Assembly (NCBI RefSeq): GCF_006345805.1 | Contig: NC_043002.1 | Span: 8,494,001-8,558,000, forward strand | Direction of reading: 5' to 3' | Length of the DNA: 64,000 nt | DNA from: Octopus sinensis | Taxonomy: Eukaryota | Shown here: piece by piece, positions 63,704 to 64,000 of the stretch | Layout of the letters: every line of letters begins with the position of its first letter | Position numbering within the stretch: the first letter of the stretch is position 1 | Notes under the pieces: generated by a model | Database searches by the model: none | What the model was told of the DNA's origin: nothing | Seen by the model: only the letters and a program-made list of their open reading frames with translations | Position numbers and translations under genes: made by a program

Positions 63704-63743
63704 TGTCTGTTTTAAGAGGATCCTTACTCTCTTTTCTCTTTCC

Positions 63744-64000
63744 ACTCTTTTACTTGTTTCAGTCATTTGACTGCGGCCATGCTGGAGCACCGCCTTTAGT
63801 TGAGCAACTCAACCCCGGGACTTATTCTTTTTGTAAGCCCAGTACTTATTCTATCAGTCTCTTTTGCCGAACCGCTAAGTGACGGGGACGTAAACACACC
63901 AGCATCGGTTGTCAAGAAATACTAGGGGGACAAACACAGACACACAAACACACACATACATATATATAGATACATATCCATATATACGACAGGCTTCTTT
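63744..64000 (-). mobile_element. SINE family A (runs off window); further fragments at ~10445-10530, 41717-41783, 51865-52098
   Basis: Tail and body match family A. Confidence 0.85.

Overview
AT-rich, microsatellite-laden eukaryotic DNA. The repeat families look like those of octopod cephalopods (Octopus-like; inferred from recognised repeats, not searched). One host gene is supported on the minus strand. Three internal exons (55411-55534, 27676-27775, 2446-2550) have canonical splice sites, splice in frame across 27,635-bp and 25,125-bp introns, and encode a Sec14/CRAL-TRIO-like domain resembling the puratrophin (PLEKHG4/PLEKHG4B/ARHGEF40-type) RhoGEF family. The rest is intron filled with transposon material: three tRNA-headed SINE families, a very abundant RTE-tailed retroposon, remnants of RTE, RTE-X, CR1/L2 and R4-like LINEs, a Gypsy integrase fragment, Tc1/mariner remnants, TTAA-flanked MITEs, a Helitron and Penelope-like/foldback elements. 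Most interesting: the 27.6-kb intron holds a set of minimal hammerhead-ribozyme-like motifs whose tertiary 3:8 pair covaries (C3:G8, G3:C8, U3:A8); two of these types form the arms of foldback elements. Also notable: a SINE that forms 184-bp head-to-tail multimers at a GGTAT/GTATTT site present in its own head, SINE/LINE tail sharing with a covarying stem-loop, and tail swapping among SINEs. Repeat boundaries are approximate. Exon and ribozyme coordinates were counted by hand.
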